In this document: piece by piece, positions 37,949-49,870 of the stretch
Layout: each line of letters opens with the position of its first letter
Position numbering within the stretch: the stretch's first letter is position 1
Assembly (NCBI RefSeq): GCF_030684315.1
Contig: NC_081387.1
Span: forward strand, 11,200,867 to 11,264,866
Length of the DNA: 64,000 bases
Direction: 5' to 3'
Origin: Stegostoma tigrinum
Lineage: Eukaryota
Translations under genes and position numbers: made by a program
The notes under the pieces: generated by a model
The model's input: the letters and a program-made list of their open reading frames with translations, nothing else
What the model was told of the DNA's origin: nothing
Databases searched by the model: none

Positions 37949-40900
37949 CCATAAGACCAGAAGACCGTAAGACATAGGAGTGGAAGTAAGGCCATTCGGC
38001 CCATCAAGTCCACTCCGCCATTTAAATCATGGCTGATGGGCATTTCAACACCACTTCCCTGCACTCTCCCCATAGACCTTGATTCCTTCTGAGATCAAGA
38101 ATTTGTCGATCTCTGCCTTGAAGGCATCCAACGTCCCGGCCTCTGCTGCAGTCCATGGCAATAAATTCCACAAGACCATCACTCTCTGGCTGAAGAAATG
38201 TCGTCTCGTTTCAGTTTTAGTGACCCTGCACTTCCAAGAATTTAGAAATCTAACGGAAACAACTTCCTAGCGTCCACCCCTTCTAAACCATACATTATCT
38301 TGTAAGTTTCTATTAGATCTCCCCTCAACCTTCTAAACTCTAATGAGTACAGTCCCAGGATCCTTAGCCATTCATCATACGTTAAAACTACCATCCCAGG
38401 GATCATCCGTGTGAATCTCCGCTGGACACGCTCTAGGGCTAGTATGTCCTTCGTGAGGTGTGGGGCCCAAAATTGGACACAGTATTCTAAATGGGGCCCA
38501 ACTAGAGCTTTATAAAACCTCAGAAGCACATCGTTGCTTTTATATTCCAACCCTCTTGAGATAAACGAAAACATTACATTCGCTTTCTTAATTACTGACT
38601 CTACCTGCACGTTAACCTTTCAAGAATCCTGGACCAACACTCCCAGATCCCTTTGTACTTCTGATTTGTGAATTTTCTCACCATTTACAAAATAGTCCAT
38701 GCCTGTATTCTTTTTTCCAAAGTGCAAAACCTCACATTTACTCACATTGAATTTCGTCAGCCATTTCCTGGACCACTATCCTAAACTGTCTAAATCTTTC
38801 TGCAGCTTCCCCACCTCCTCAGTACTACCTGCCTGTCCACTTATCTTTGTATCATCGGCAAACTTCACCAGAATGCCCCCAGTCCCTTCATCCAGATCAT
38901 TAATATATAAGGTGAACAGCTGCGGCCCAACGCTGAACCCTGTGGACACCACTCGTCACCAGTTGCCATTCCTAAAAAGAGCCTTTTATCCCAACTCTCT
39001 GCCTTCTGTCAGACAGCCAATCCTCAATCCAAGCCAGTAGCTCACCTCAAATACCATGGGCCCTCAACTTGCTCAGCAGCCTCCCGTGAGACACTGTATC
39101 AAAGGCCTTTTGGAAGTCTAGATAGATAACATCTACTCGGTTTCCCTGGTCAAACATACTTGTTACCTCTTCAAAAAATTCTAACAGGTTTGTCAGGCAC
39201 AATCCCCCCTTACTAAATCCATGCTGACTTGTTCTAATCTGACCCTGCACTTCCAGGAATTTAGAAATCTCATCCATGACAATGGATTCTAGAATTTTAC
39301 CAACTACCGAGGTTAAGCTAATCAGCCTATAATTTTCCATCTTTTGCCTTGATCCTTTCTTAAACAAGGGGGTTACAACAGCAATCTTCCAATCATCTGG
39401 GACTTTTCCAAACTCCAGTGACTTTTGAAAGATCACGACCAAAGCCTCTACTATTTCCTCAGCCACCTCCCTCAGAACTCTAGGATGCAGCCCATCGGGG
39501 CCAGGAGATTTATCAATTTTTAGACCTTTTAGTTTTTCTAGCACCTTCTCTTTTGTAATGCCTACCATACTCAACTCTGCCCCCTGACTCTCCCTAATTG
39601 TTGGCATACTACTCATGTCTTCCACTGTGAAGACTGACGCAAAGTACTTATTAAGTTCTTCAGCTATTTCCTTATCTCCCATCACTAGCCTTCCAGCATC
39701 AATTTGGAGGTTTTGCCTCTCGTTTGTTTCTTATGTATTGAAAGAAGCTTTTACTATCATTTCTAATATTACTAGCTAGCCTACCTTCATATTTGATCCT
39801 CTCCTTCATTATTGGTCTCTTTGTTATCCTCTGTTAGTTTTGTAGCCTTCCCAATCTTCTGATTTCCCAGTGCTCTTGGCCACTTTATAGGCTGTCTCTT
39901 TTTCTCTGATATATTTCCTGACTTCCTTTGTCAGCCATGGCTGTCTAATCCCACCCCGGATAATCTTTCTTTTCTTTGGGATGAACCTCTGTACTGTGTC
40001 CTCAATTAAACCCAGAAACTCCTGCCATTGTTGCTCTACTGTCTTCCCCGCTAGGCTCTGCATCCAGTCGATTTTCGTCAATTGCTCTCTCATGCCCCTG
40101 TAATTACCTTTATTTAACTGTAACACCATTACATCTGATTTTGCCTTCTCTCTTTCAAACTGCAGACTGAACTCTACCATGTTATGATCGCTGCCTCCTA
40201 AGCGTTCCCTTACTTTAAGGTCTTTTATGAAGTATGGCTCATTACATAGCACTAAGTCCAGAATAGCCTGCTCCCTTGTGGGCTCCATCACAAGCTGTTC
40301 TAAAAGGTCATCCTGTAAACATTCCATGAATTCCCTTTCTTTGGATCCACCGGCAACATTATTCACCCAATTCACCTGCATATTGAAGTCACCCATGATC
40401 ACCGTGACCTTGCCTTTCTGACAGGCCCTATCTATTTCTCAGTGCATCTTGCGCCGCTGGTCCTGATCACTGTTAGGAGGTCTGTACATAACTCCCATTA
40501 CAGTTTTTTTTGCCTTTGTGGTTCCTCATCTCCACCCACACAGACTCCACATCTTCTGACCCTACGTCATTCAGTGCCGTAGATTTAATTCCATTCTTAA
40601 CTAACAAGGCAACCTCACCCGCTCTGCCTACCTTCCTGTCTTTTCGATATGTTGTGAATCCTTGGATGTTTAGCTGCCAGTCCTGAACTCCCTGCAACCA
40701 TGTCTCTTGTGATGTATACCACATCATAATCATTCAAGAGGATTTGTCCTGTTAATTCATCCACTTTGTTGTGAATACTATGAGCATTTAGATAAAGTGC
40801 CTTAATGCTAACTTTCTTATCATTATTAGAGAGGTTAAGATGCCTTAAGCTATCCTCCCTTTTTGCTGTATTCCTAGTTTGCGTCGAGCTTAAACCCACC

Positions 40901-41866
40901 TGTACACATGCTATCCTGTTGCTTATCTTTCCATTTAACTCCATACTCCCTGCCTCTTTCACTTTCCCTTCCCCCGACTCAGAAGTTTAAAGTCCTACTG
41001 ACCACCCTATTTATCCTTTTCGTTGGAACACTGGTTCCAGATCGGTTCAGGTGAAGATCGTCCCAATGGTACAGATCCCCTGGTTCCAAAACTGATGCCA
41101 ATGCCCCATGAAATGGAATCCCTCTTTCCCACAACTACCCCTAAGCCACGTGTTTACTTCCCTAACTTTCTTTTCCCTATGCCAATTGGCATGTGGCTTG
41201 GGCAGTAATCCGGAGCTTATGACCCTTGAGGACCTGTATTTCAATTTCTTTCCTCGTGCTTCATAATCCCCGAACAGGCCCGCTACCCTAGCTTTGCCGA
41301 TGTCGTTAGTCCCAACATGGACCACAACAACTGGATCCTCCCCCTCCCGCTCCAATATCCTTTCAACCCGGTCGGAGATGTCCCGCACCCTGGCACCGGG
41401 CAGGCAACACACCATGCGGGACTCCCAATCCGGCTTGCATGGGATATTATCTGTCCCCCTAATAATAGTATCCCCTATAACAACTACCTGTCTTTTTGCT
41501 CCCCCCTCTTGAATGGCCTTCTGCAGCACGGTGCCATGGTCAGCTGGCTCATCCTGTCCACAGTCCTTTTCCTCATCTGTACAGAGAGCAAGAATCTCAT
41601 ACCTGTTGCTCAAGGTCAGGGGTTGAGGCTCCTGCACTCCTGAATTCTGAATCCCCTATGTGCCTCACTTACAGTCACACCTTGTCCCTAAACACTTTCT
41701 GAATTTGAGTTATTTAATCTACCGGGTGTGACTGCCTCCTGAAACCAAGTGTCCAGGTAACTCTCCCCCTCCCAGATGTGCCGCAGAGTTTGAAGCTCAG
41801 ATTCCAGATCATTTACTCTGATCCGGAGTTCTTCCAGCAACCAACACTTGCTGCAGATGTGGTCAA
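37949..41866 (-). mobile_element. Near-full-length, decayed CR1-clade LINE (ORF1 zinc-finger/coiled-coil + SGNH esterase; ORF2 APE + RT)
   Basis: ORF1 has CSKCWLLEEL, VVVIGDTIIRGTD, CCLPGARVRD and VVVHVGTNDI. APE has ALYLNAHS and IMGDFN. RT has KSPGPDGLHPRVL, YRLISLTS, QHGF, YLDFQKAFD and FADDTK. The 3' end is a TCTTATGG-like microsatellite tail. Stops and frameshifts are present. Confidence 0.95.
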
Positions 41867-42529
41867 CCCCTGATCGTCCATGATGTTTATCAAATTCTCT
41901 TACGTGCCTTCACAGAACTTTTCACAATAACATTGTATTCAAGCACATTCCTTCCCAAATATTTGCCAGCTGCACCATGACTTTTTTTAACTTAAGATCC
42001 CTATCCTTATAATCCTTGGGTGTCCTAAAATATATTAATTCATCTACATTCCAATATCTCCTAGTTTCTGTACCTCTGATTCAATTTACCTCGGAAATGA
42101 TATGGGGGCCATTTTGCTGTATGAGCCTAGCTTGCCCTCATAATTATATTTGAATCATTCCCGGTAATGGTTTCAATGATTTTATTTTGTTTATGCAAAA
42201 TCTACAACTACTTTCGAATTAATATGTATGATTATTTCAAGGATCCTAAATAAAACTTCCTTTAGTATTGTTACAGATTGATTAAACAATGTAAGAGAGA
42301 TTCACTAATTAAATGTAGTGTGAAATGTTCTCATGTATAAAACAACTGCAGCTGCATATTCTATCTCAGTTCTGTTACCTTGGGTCTGCAGAGCTATATT
42401 GTTCTATTTGTGAAGGCTACGTTAATCAAATGTTTTCCCAAAATTTCTAACTACTGTCAGCGATGTTCTGCTGCTAATGCCATGGGCAGTCATCAGCCAT
42501 TTTGTGCTGCTCACTCATGACGGGCCTAA

Positions 42530-42745
42530 ATACAATCCATCAAACTGATACACACACCCCTTAAACTAATACTGCCAATCAACCTGTTACACCCATCCCA
42601 AAAGCCAATACAGACCATCAAACTGATATGCCCACCCCCAAACAGACACAGATTATCAAACGAGTATCGGTCTCCCTAAACCCAGGCAGTTCATATAACA
42701 GACACATTCATCGCAAAACCGACACAGACCATCAAACTTTTACAG
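42530..42745. repeat. Degenerate minisatellite
   Basis: Recurring ACAGACCATCAAACTGATA...CACCCC motifs at ~42533, 42610, 42648 and 42724. Confidence 0.6.
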
Positions 42746-44929
42746 TGCCCCCAGATCGCTAAGCTCACACAGCTCCTCAGAATAAGGCGGAGGCTGTTTA
42801 GGACTGAGACGAGGAAGAATTCCCTCACTCAGAGAGTGGTCGCCGATTGAATTTCTGCCCCGCCCCCACCCCCTGCCCCCAAAGGGCTGTGGAAGCACTA
42901 CCATTGAGTGAGTTCAACACAGAGACGGATAGGCTTCTACATATGAAAACAGCAATGCTCATGGGGATAGTGTGCGGAGATACTGTTGAAGTAGAAGATT
43001 AGCTATGATCTCAGTCAATGGCAGAGCAAGCTCAAGGGGATGAAGGGCAATGCTCATGCTTCTCGCCTGGTGCAAGGTGACAGCACATTCCCTTGCTTTT
43101 GGAGAACCTCTTGGACACAATGGGTTGAATGGCCTCCTCTTGTGTTGATAGCATTGGTGTGTCTGGATTGGCACGGGAGGAGACAGGCAGAGTGAAAAGT
43201 GAGATGTGGAGAGCCATGAGGGAAGTTTATGTTTAAATTTTTATTTTAAACATTTGGACACAGAGCTTGTCTCCCATGTAGAGGCTCTCTGCACAGGCCA
43301 CTTGGGACGTGGCAGGCTCTTTGACTCTTCCCAGTGAGGAAGTGGACACAAACCCTATTCATCAGTCCAAGCCAGTTCCCCTTCTGTGGAAGAAAAAAAA
43401 AATACATTGCAAGGGTAGATGGGAATTTAGGCCAAGACAGAAATTACATCGCAAGGGTCAATGGGAATATGGGCCAAGACAGAAAAGGCAGCCATGGTAG
43501 AAACTGATGGTATAGAGAAAGAATTTTAATTAGTTTAGCATGTGGGATTTTAATGAGCTTAACAGAAGTCGGGAGGTAGTTACTCAGACTGTGTTATCAC
43601 TATGTGCATGTTATCCTAGCTCAAGTTAGAGAAGGATCTTTTGATATATTGTCACTATGCTAAGGTTTTAGGCTGAATTGAAGATGTCACATGTATCCTC
43701 CTGAAGTCTAGTTACTGGTAAGCTGGAGCTTTAATCAAACTGTGTATCACTCCTCACGCTAGCTGCATGCCGAAGGTCATTTGAAGAATAATTATTAAGG
43801 CATCTGTAAGACAGCATTCCTGTTACCTCGAGCAGCATCCGTTTTCTTTAAACTCACAATGAATTGACAAACACAAGATGCCACAGGAACACACTGCTCT
43901 GAAGTTAATAGTGTTAATGAGATTATTATACTCTGCATTAGCAGAGTTGGGTGCTGGTGGAGATCAACACTCACTCCCCTAATTACCAAGTAAGAAAATA
44001 AACTGCTTCTAACGGGAGCTGGAGTCAAGTCTCATTATTAGTTAAGCAGAAATAAAAATTTCTGCAACACCTCCAAACTACTCACCATCCTCAATTGGAA
44101 ATATATCACCGTATCTCCAGTGTCACTGGGTCATAATTCTGGAATTCCCTTCCTAACAGCATTCTGGGTCTTCCTATGCCACACTGACAGCAGCAGTACA
44201 AGAATGCAGCTCACCACCATCTTTGGAAGGGGCAAAAAGGGAAGATCAATAAATACTGACCCCGCCAGCAGCACCTATGTAACATGATCTGATAAAAAAA
44301 AAGTTTACATAGTTGTGAAGAATGTTAAGAAAATATCAGCAGAATATAGTAATTATTCTAAAAGTGATATCAGCTAAAGGAGTAAATGTGATGGTTATAA
44401 TTTTCACAATTTCCTACATTCTGATATTACGTTAGCTTCAAGACCAAAACGAACCACACGCCAATCGACTTGATGTTGCTTATCTGGAAAGTGCTGGATT
44501 CTGTTGTTAAGTAAATGTGACAATGTTCTGCTTTATAGTAGATCTTACCATCTTAAGAATAATTACATCAATTTTAGATAATTAATATAAATTATTTGAA
44601 AATCTGGAACTCTGAATATGTCTAACCGTCTAAAATATTTACACATCAAAAGTCATTCCAGGTGTATCTGCCAAGTCCAAGTTTCAGGGTGGGAGCAGTA
44701 AAATGCAAGCTGAGCCCTTCACCTGGAAAGCTGAAGACAGCAGGCCTGGGGATTGTCGGGGGGTGTAACGGCAGTGTCCCCCATCTGCAGATAAGAAAGC
44801 CGAGGTTCAAAAGTTCCACCTGACCGGACATATGACATTACACCTTTGACGAATCGCTTCAGGAAAATATTAAGACAATAAAGCCAAGGAAAATTACCCT
44901 GTCTTTTCATTGAAAAGCGTTACAGAAGG

Positions 44930-46130
44930 CAAAGTCAAATGAGATCCATGATGAGCAGATAAGATGGATATGAAACTGACTTGGTTGAAGGAGACAGGGA
45001 GTAGTGGTTGAATGGTGTGTTTTCTGACGAGAGTTCTGTGACCAGTGGTGCTCTGTGGGAATCAACGCTGACACGCCTGTTGTTTATAAAATATATTGAA
45101 TGATTAGGAGGGGAGAGTAGGTGGTCTGACTGCTAAGTTTGTGGATGACACAGAGATTGGGGGAGCTGCATATAATGAGGAGGATTGACAGAGTTTAGAG
45201 ATAGGCTGGACAATTATGCAGACAAATGCCAGATGGAATTTAACACGGGCAAATGCAAGGAGATGCATTTTGGAAGATCTTTTGCAGGACAGAACATATA
45301 ATTAGTGGCAGAAAGCTGAGAAGCATAAACACATTGAGAGATCCAGGCATATAGGTCACACCATAAGTGGACAAAGTGATCAAAAATGTATATGGTATGC
45401 TTGTCTTCATTGGTAAAGGTGTAGTGTATAAAACTGGCAAGTCATGTTGCAGCGGTGTAGACCTCTAATTAGGCCACGTTTGGAATATTGTGCACTGGTC
45501 ACCATATTATCAGAATAATGTATAAGTTTTGGAGACGGTAATAGTCCACGAGGATGTTGTCTGGCTTGGAGGTATTAAGCATGAGTTGAAATTGCACAGC
45601 ACAGTTTATTTTTACTTGAAGATCAGAGGCTGAGGATTGATCTGATACAAGTTTACAAACTTATGAGAGACGGGGATGAAATGGATAGTCAGACACTATA
45701 TGTGGTACAGATGGAAACAAAAAGGCAAAACCAAGGTGCTTTTTAAATAGTGAAGAGTTTGAAACAGTGGCGGTCTGAAGTACATGAAGTCCAGGCACAA
45801 AAATCATTAAAATTCACGAACAACTTTCAAGATAATCACAAAAAAAAACAAATGGAATGCTGGCCTGAACACACAGAGGATGACAATACAAAGAAGGCAG
45901 AGATATACTTTAGCTTCACAAAACGCTCACTTGATTGCACCTGCAATACTGTGAGAATTTCTGTACATGACACTTGAGTAAGGAGATAATGGTCTTGGAG
46001 TGAGTACAGATTCCATTTACAAGAAAGATAACTGAGTACTAAAAAGATAGCCTACTAAAAAGGAGGTGAAGCAAACTAGGGTTGTGTTCCTCGGAATTTG
46101 GAGGATTTGTGGTAATGTTATCAAAGATTT
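44930..46130 (+). mobile_element. Old CR1 LINE RT fragments
   Basis: AAGTTTGTGGATGACACAGAGATT (FADDTK-like), CAGATGGAATTTAA and AGGCCACGTTTGGAATATTGTG (RPHLEYC). Confidence 0.75.
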
Positions 46131-46284
46131 ATTAATATAAAGGTAAACAAGTAATGTGTAAATCAGGATTTGATAATGCTACAATGTGTTCCAAAGTGGG
46201 ATTAAATTTGAATAAGTTTGTTGATAAATAAACTTCAGAAAAAAATGTTTATGACATGTTTGATTGGCTTTGATAACAGTAGAT

Positions 46285-46500
46285 AAAGTCTGAAGTCACA
46301 TAAGACCAGGTAATAATCCAATGGGATTATTTGAAATCACAAGCTTTCATAGTGCTGTTCCTTCATCAAGTGAAATCTTCACCTGATAAAGGAGGAGTGC
46401 TCTGAAAGTTTATGATATCAAATAAACCTTTTGGACTATACCCTGGTGTTGTGTGACTTCTGAGTTCATACACACCGGTCCAGCACTGGCACCCCACATC
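46285..46500 (+). mobile_element. Fold-back PLE-derived element with a 12-bp TSD
   Basis: TSD ATAACAGTAGAT at 46273-46284 and 46501-46512. ~85-bp inverted arms centred at ~46376 carry degenerate CTGAT.AAGG...GAAAG hammerhead cores. Absent from paralogous unit A. Confidence 0.8.
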
Positions 46501-46591
46501 ATAACAGTAGATGGTGATTTCAGATTGGAGTCGAGTTAACACGTTGTGGACAGCAGGCCGATCCTCTTTGAAGCACTTTTCCTCATTGAGA

Positions 46592-47487
46592 TCACTTACA
46601 AATGAGAGTAAAGGGATATTTGAGGGCACACAGCAGCTCCTGCCTGAACTTACTCTGGGTCACTGCATAAATGGCCGTGTTAGTGCAGCAACTCAGGAGC
46701 TGAAGCATGATTCCTGTCTTTTCATAAGTTTCGTAAGGGCTAAATAGAGATGAGAGGATATAGATGCTTGTAATTCGATAATATAGGAAATATGTGACTG
46801 TTGTTATCCAGAGCAAGATAAAGCTGCCCGATATTGCAAAGAGCAAAACAATGGACCTTCTGCGATTTTTCATCTCATGGTCTTCACCATTTTCAGCATT
46901 ACTGTTGTGGACTCGGAGGTTCCTTCGTGCCTGGCTGGCCACTAAAATATGTCTTACAGTGAGGATGTTCAAACATAAAATCAAGACAAATGGAAGAGTG
47001 GGAGTTAACAGCTGTTCAATCCAAGAAAATGCCATTGCTTGAGATTGAAAATAAATCACTGGTGATACAAAACAACCCCTTGGTATGTCGTTCACTATCA
47101 CATAAGGAATGTACAAGAAGGCCCAAGGAATGTTTTTTAAACTGAAAACCAAGGTCAGTGTAATGGTCACAGCAGTAGCAGTTTTCACTGAGCAATACTT
47201 AGATTTCAGCTTCTGGCAGCAAATGGCTACAAAACGATCAAAGGTAAAAGCAACCGTGAACCAGACAGAAATGTCGATGGCAGTCGGAGACAGGAACAGA
47301 ATAAACCTACAAACTGGAGTGTACAGCAGCAGAGAATTCCACCAATAAATAGCAGCAATCTGATGCAATATCACATTGAAGACAATCACCATGAAATCTG
47401 CTGTTGCCATGGCCACCAGGTAGTGGGTGATGCACTTGGAGAGACCACATTCCCCTCGACACAGGATTACAATTGCCACCAAGTTGA
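46592..47487 (-). CDS. GPR139-like class A GPCR exon 2 (spliced protein 321 aa)
   Basis: Hydrophobic 7TM-type segments with YLVAMATAD (TM2), FTFDRFVAIC (DRY-like), LPF..IL..N, RRRSIVLLFAISGSFILLW and NTAIYAVTQSKFRQEL (NPxxY equivalent and helix 8), of GPR139/GPR142 type. Open frame with an AG acceptor at 47488-47489. Confidence 0.9.
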
Positions 47488-48290
47488 CTATGAGAAATAG
47501 GAAAAAAACACAGTAAGATAACAGGTTTTAGCCAACAATAATGTATTAACTAGAATAGCATTGACATCAAATTTTCTCTTTCTTTTCTGGTCTTCTCTAC
47601 TGAACGTGCTATCATCTTGGTTGAATAAATTTATAATGACTTATTGGGGTAGCACAAAACTCTAGACCCCTGTTCCTTGAGTCTGCGAGAATTCCCCAAA
47701 TTGCCTGATTTTTGATCCTGGTTGACAGAAAGCATGGACAGGGTTTCTGTCTTTATCAATATTTACTACTTACAAAAATCTAATGGAGCATATTTACGGG
47801 CACATTGTTATAAGCCATAGGAATAAAATACTACTATCTAAAACTCATACATTAGTCACATGCACACATCAGAAAAAGAAAGGTTTTGGATGAAAGAAAT
47901 ACTGGGAAGGCAGTTCAGCGGTTTCCCTTCACAAAATGATTATGATTCCTGTACTGGAAGAATGTTGTTTCTCAGTCACCCTTGCCTTCTGCTCCCAGTG
48001 TTATCTGAGAAGCATAGGGTTGCTGCTCCACTTTTGGATGTCCTAACTTATTAGAAGTCGTAACTTCTGTGTGAAAAATAAGCAGGTTTTCTTCAGGTTT
48101 AAAGTCGCTCGTAGCACAGATGGGGCGTGGTAGGTGGGGTGGTGGTTGGGAAGAGAGAGAGAGAGAGAGAGAGAGGCAGAGATATCCTAACTGATGGAGA
48201 TCCAATGGCTACCCTGTAATTCTTCCCATCCCAAGATGTTGAATGACTTGCAAACAAATCTTCAATTACCTGAGAACAAATCACATGACT

Positions 48291-48734
48291 AGCGAGTTTT
48301 GAGAAGATTTGTAGCTCAGGTTGAGGTTCTGGAAGTAGTTTACTCGCTGAGCTGGAAGGGTCGTTTTCAGACATTTTGTCACCAATCTAGGTAACATCAT
48401 CAGTGAGCCTCCGGTGAAGTGCTGGTGTTATGTCCCGCTTTCTACTTATGCCGGAACTATTTCTATTTATCCAACCAGAACTCCATCAACAAACACATTG
48501 ATTTGGAGCCCATCTACCACCCTCTGAGAAAAAGAACAGGAAATGACACCACTGACGCAGGAAATGATATCAACACAGGAAATGACATCACCTACCCAAG
48601 GAAACCTAAACACATAAATAGACAGCGGGACATAACACCAGCGCTTCACCGGAGGCTCACTGATGATGTTACCTAGGATGGTGACAAAATGTCTGAAAAC
48701 GAATCTTCCAGCTCAGCGAGCAAACTTACATCCA
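48291..48734 (+). mobile_element. Penelope-like element with inverted pLTR arms and a 13-bp TSD, in the GPCR intron
   Basis: Arms ~48327-48450 and ~48613-48734 are reverse complements. The interior encodes NSINKHIDLEPIYHPL (PLE ORF end). TSD AAATCACATGACT at 48278-48290 and 48735-48747. Degenerate hammerhead CTGATGATGTTACC..GGTGACAAAATGTC. Confidence 0.85.
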
Positions 48735-49800
48735 AAATCACATGACTGTTTGGAGGTGGAAAGTCTTTGTCCTTGGTAACGGGTCAATAGCAGTCCACAA
48801 TCAAATGTGCTACATTTACCAATCAAGGCTGCATTTGTACACAACCTGTTGGGTCCAGTTAATCTGCAAACACTGCTGTAACCCATAGCAGTGCAAATAT
48901 TGTTCATAATAAATATCAAATAGTATGCCTTCAATATATGGAACAATCCTTGGTTTTTAATACTCTAAGACAAAAGAAAAGCAGGCCATTTGGTCAGCTC
49001 TGCTGTGTCATTCAATGAGGTTTCAGATGATCTGATAATCTTCAACTCCACATTCCTGTCTTTTCCTCATGACCCCTGATAACTATATTATTTTCAATCT
49101 GAAGAGTCACTTTGGGAATTTGAACCTATTTGTTACTTGAACTTTTTAATTTAAACTTCTCTAAGCAACACCAATCCAGTAGGAAAGGTAAAATTTGATA
49201 GCACCAAGCATAAATCTTAGCAAGAGACAGGCAATAACTTCAGAAAGAGTTAGGAGAGTTTATTATTAGGCTTATGAGAGCCGGCTAAAACGAAGTAGAA
49301 GAAAACAAACACATCATATACAACAAAGAAATAAGAGGGCAGGCAATAACAAAGATAAAAAGGAATAAGAGAGGAGAGGTAAATTGTCTCAGATTTAAAG
49401 AAAGTGTATCAGATGAGAAATCAAGATGAGAAATATCAGAAGAACAAACAAAACTAAGAGTGGAAATAAATCAGTACTCTGAATAAAAGTACGTAAGGCA
49501 GTAGACAATAACAGGAGTGGAAGTGATCAAGAAAAGAGACATTATTAAACTAAAAAGCAAATAAAAGAAGAGTCATGACAAATGATAATGGAATCCAACC
49601 TTGTCAACAATATGAAGGATTTAATCTGTTCAAGAGAAGGCAACACCAGTCAAAAGAGAATGTTAAAGAGAGGACAACATGTTTTGAAAATGAAGGCAAC
49701 TTCAATAGTGGAGATGTCTAAATGAGAGCAAGGCTCACAAACTTACAAATCATTATAACACCTCTCCGGGGAATAAATTTCATTACAATATAGTACTTGC

Positions 49801-49870
49801 CAGGCATTCCAAATCCAGCAAGGATAGGATAGTATTTGGATGTAATTGGAGACATTGGTGTTCGAAACAT
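49801..49870 (-). CDS. GPR139-like GPCR exon 1 (70 nt), GC donor
   Basis: MFRTPMSPITSKYYPILAGFGMP + G|GCAAGT, phase-compatible with exon 2 (V-NLVAIV). The paralogue has G|GTATGT at the same position. Confidence 0.8.

Noticed and set aside
43403-43485. Two-copy ~42-bp tandem duplication
   Set aside because: An ordinary local slippage duplication with no evidence of function.
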